Source: Callorhinchus milii
Taxonomy: Eukaryota
Direction: 5' to 3'
Length of the DNA: 64,000 nt
Assembly: GCF_018977255.1 (NCBI RefSeq)
Contig: NW_024704742.1
Coordinates: 10,232,001-10,296,000 of the forward strand
Within the stretch, counting starts at the first letter, position 1. The number at the start of each line of letters is the position of its first letter. Positions 63,784 through 64,000 of the stretch are shown piece after piece. The translations under genes and the position numbers were made by a program. The notes under the pieces are model-generated. The model did not search any database. It was not told where the DNA came from and saw only the letters and a list, made by a program, of their open reading frames with translations.

Positions 63784-64000
63784 TGGATCCCTGTATCTCA
63801 GTGGTTAGAGCACTCACCTCACAAGCGAGAGACCTGGGTTCAATTCCCAGCAGAGAGAAATGTTGGGCAAGTTTCCTTATTCCACACGCCTCTGTTTACT
63901 CAACAGTAAGTAGGAACCTGGTTGTTAGTTAATTGGCAGATCACTTTTCCAAGGGTAATAATTTCTTCAAAAAAAAATTGGTCACTCAATCCACGACTGT
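63784..64000 (+). mobile_element. tRNA-derived SINE cut by the window end
   Basis: ggatccctgtatctcagtggttagagcactcacctcacaagcgagagacctgggttcaattcccagc...ttggtcactcaatccacgactgt. Confidence 0.9.

Noticed and set aside
47207..64000. The large first coding exon of CSGALNACT1 (transmembrane and stem region)
   Set aside because: No ~210-aa ORF or matching peptide is present, so it must lie beyond the window and this interval is intronic.

Overview
Vertebrate nuclear DNA. The repeat make-up (abundant L2 and CR1 LINEs, tRNA-derived and Deu-type SINEs, a Penelope-like element) suggests a cartilaginous fish, possibly a holocephalan; the taxon is an inference. The window holds the 3' parts of two convergent, intron-rich genes. 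On the + strand are the last four recognisable coding exons of SH2D4A (7222-15801, including the SH2 domain and stop). On the - strand are six coding exons of CSGALNACT1 (47206 down to 24809; the first coding exon lies beyond the window end). All ten exons have GT-AG boundaries with matching phases. This tail-to-tail arrangement matches human 8p21. The rest is intron, UTR and intergenic DNA dense in retroelements, and most ORFs in the supplied track are repeat-derived or chance. I found no clearly new multi-gene system. The most interesting observations are: (i) two near-identical L2 copies share two frameshifts, implying a defective master mobilised in trans, and sit inverted in phase-2 introns of the two genes; (ii) a Penelope fragment carries a degenerate hammerhead ribozyme; (iii) a young SINE head still folds as a tRNA-Ala cloverleaf and shares its tail with L2 and an older Deu-SINE; (iv) a locally templated insertion, a local ~185 bp duplication and two candidate frame-preserving small exons. 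Repeat boundaries were read by eye and are approximate (about +/-20 bp). Exon boundaries were checked base by base.
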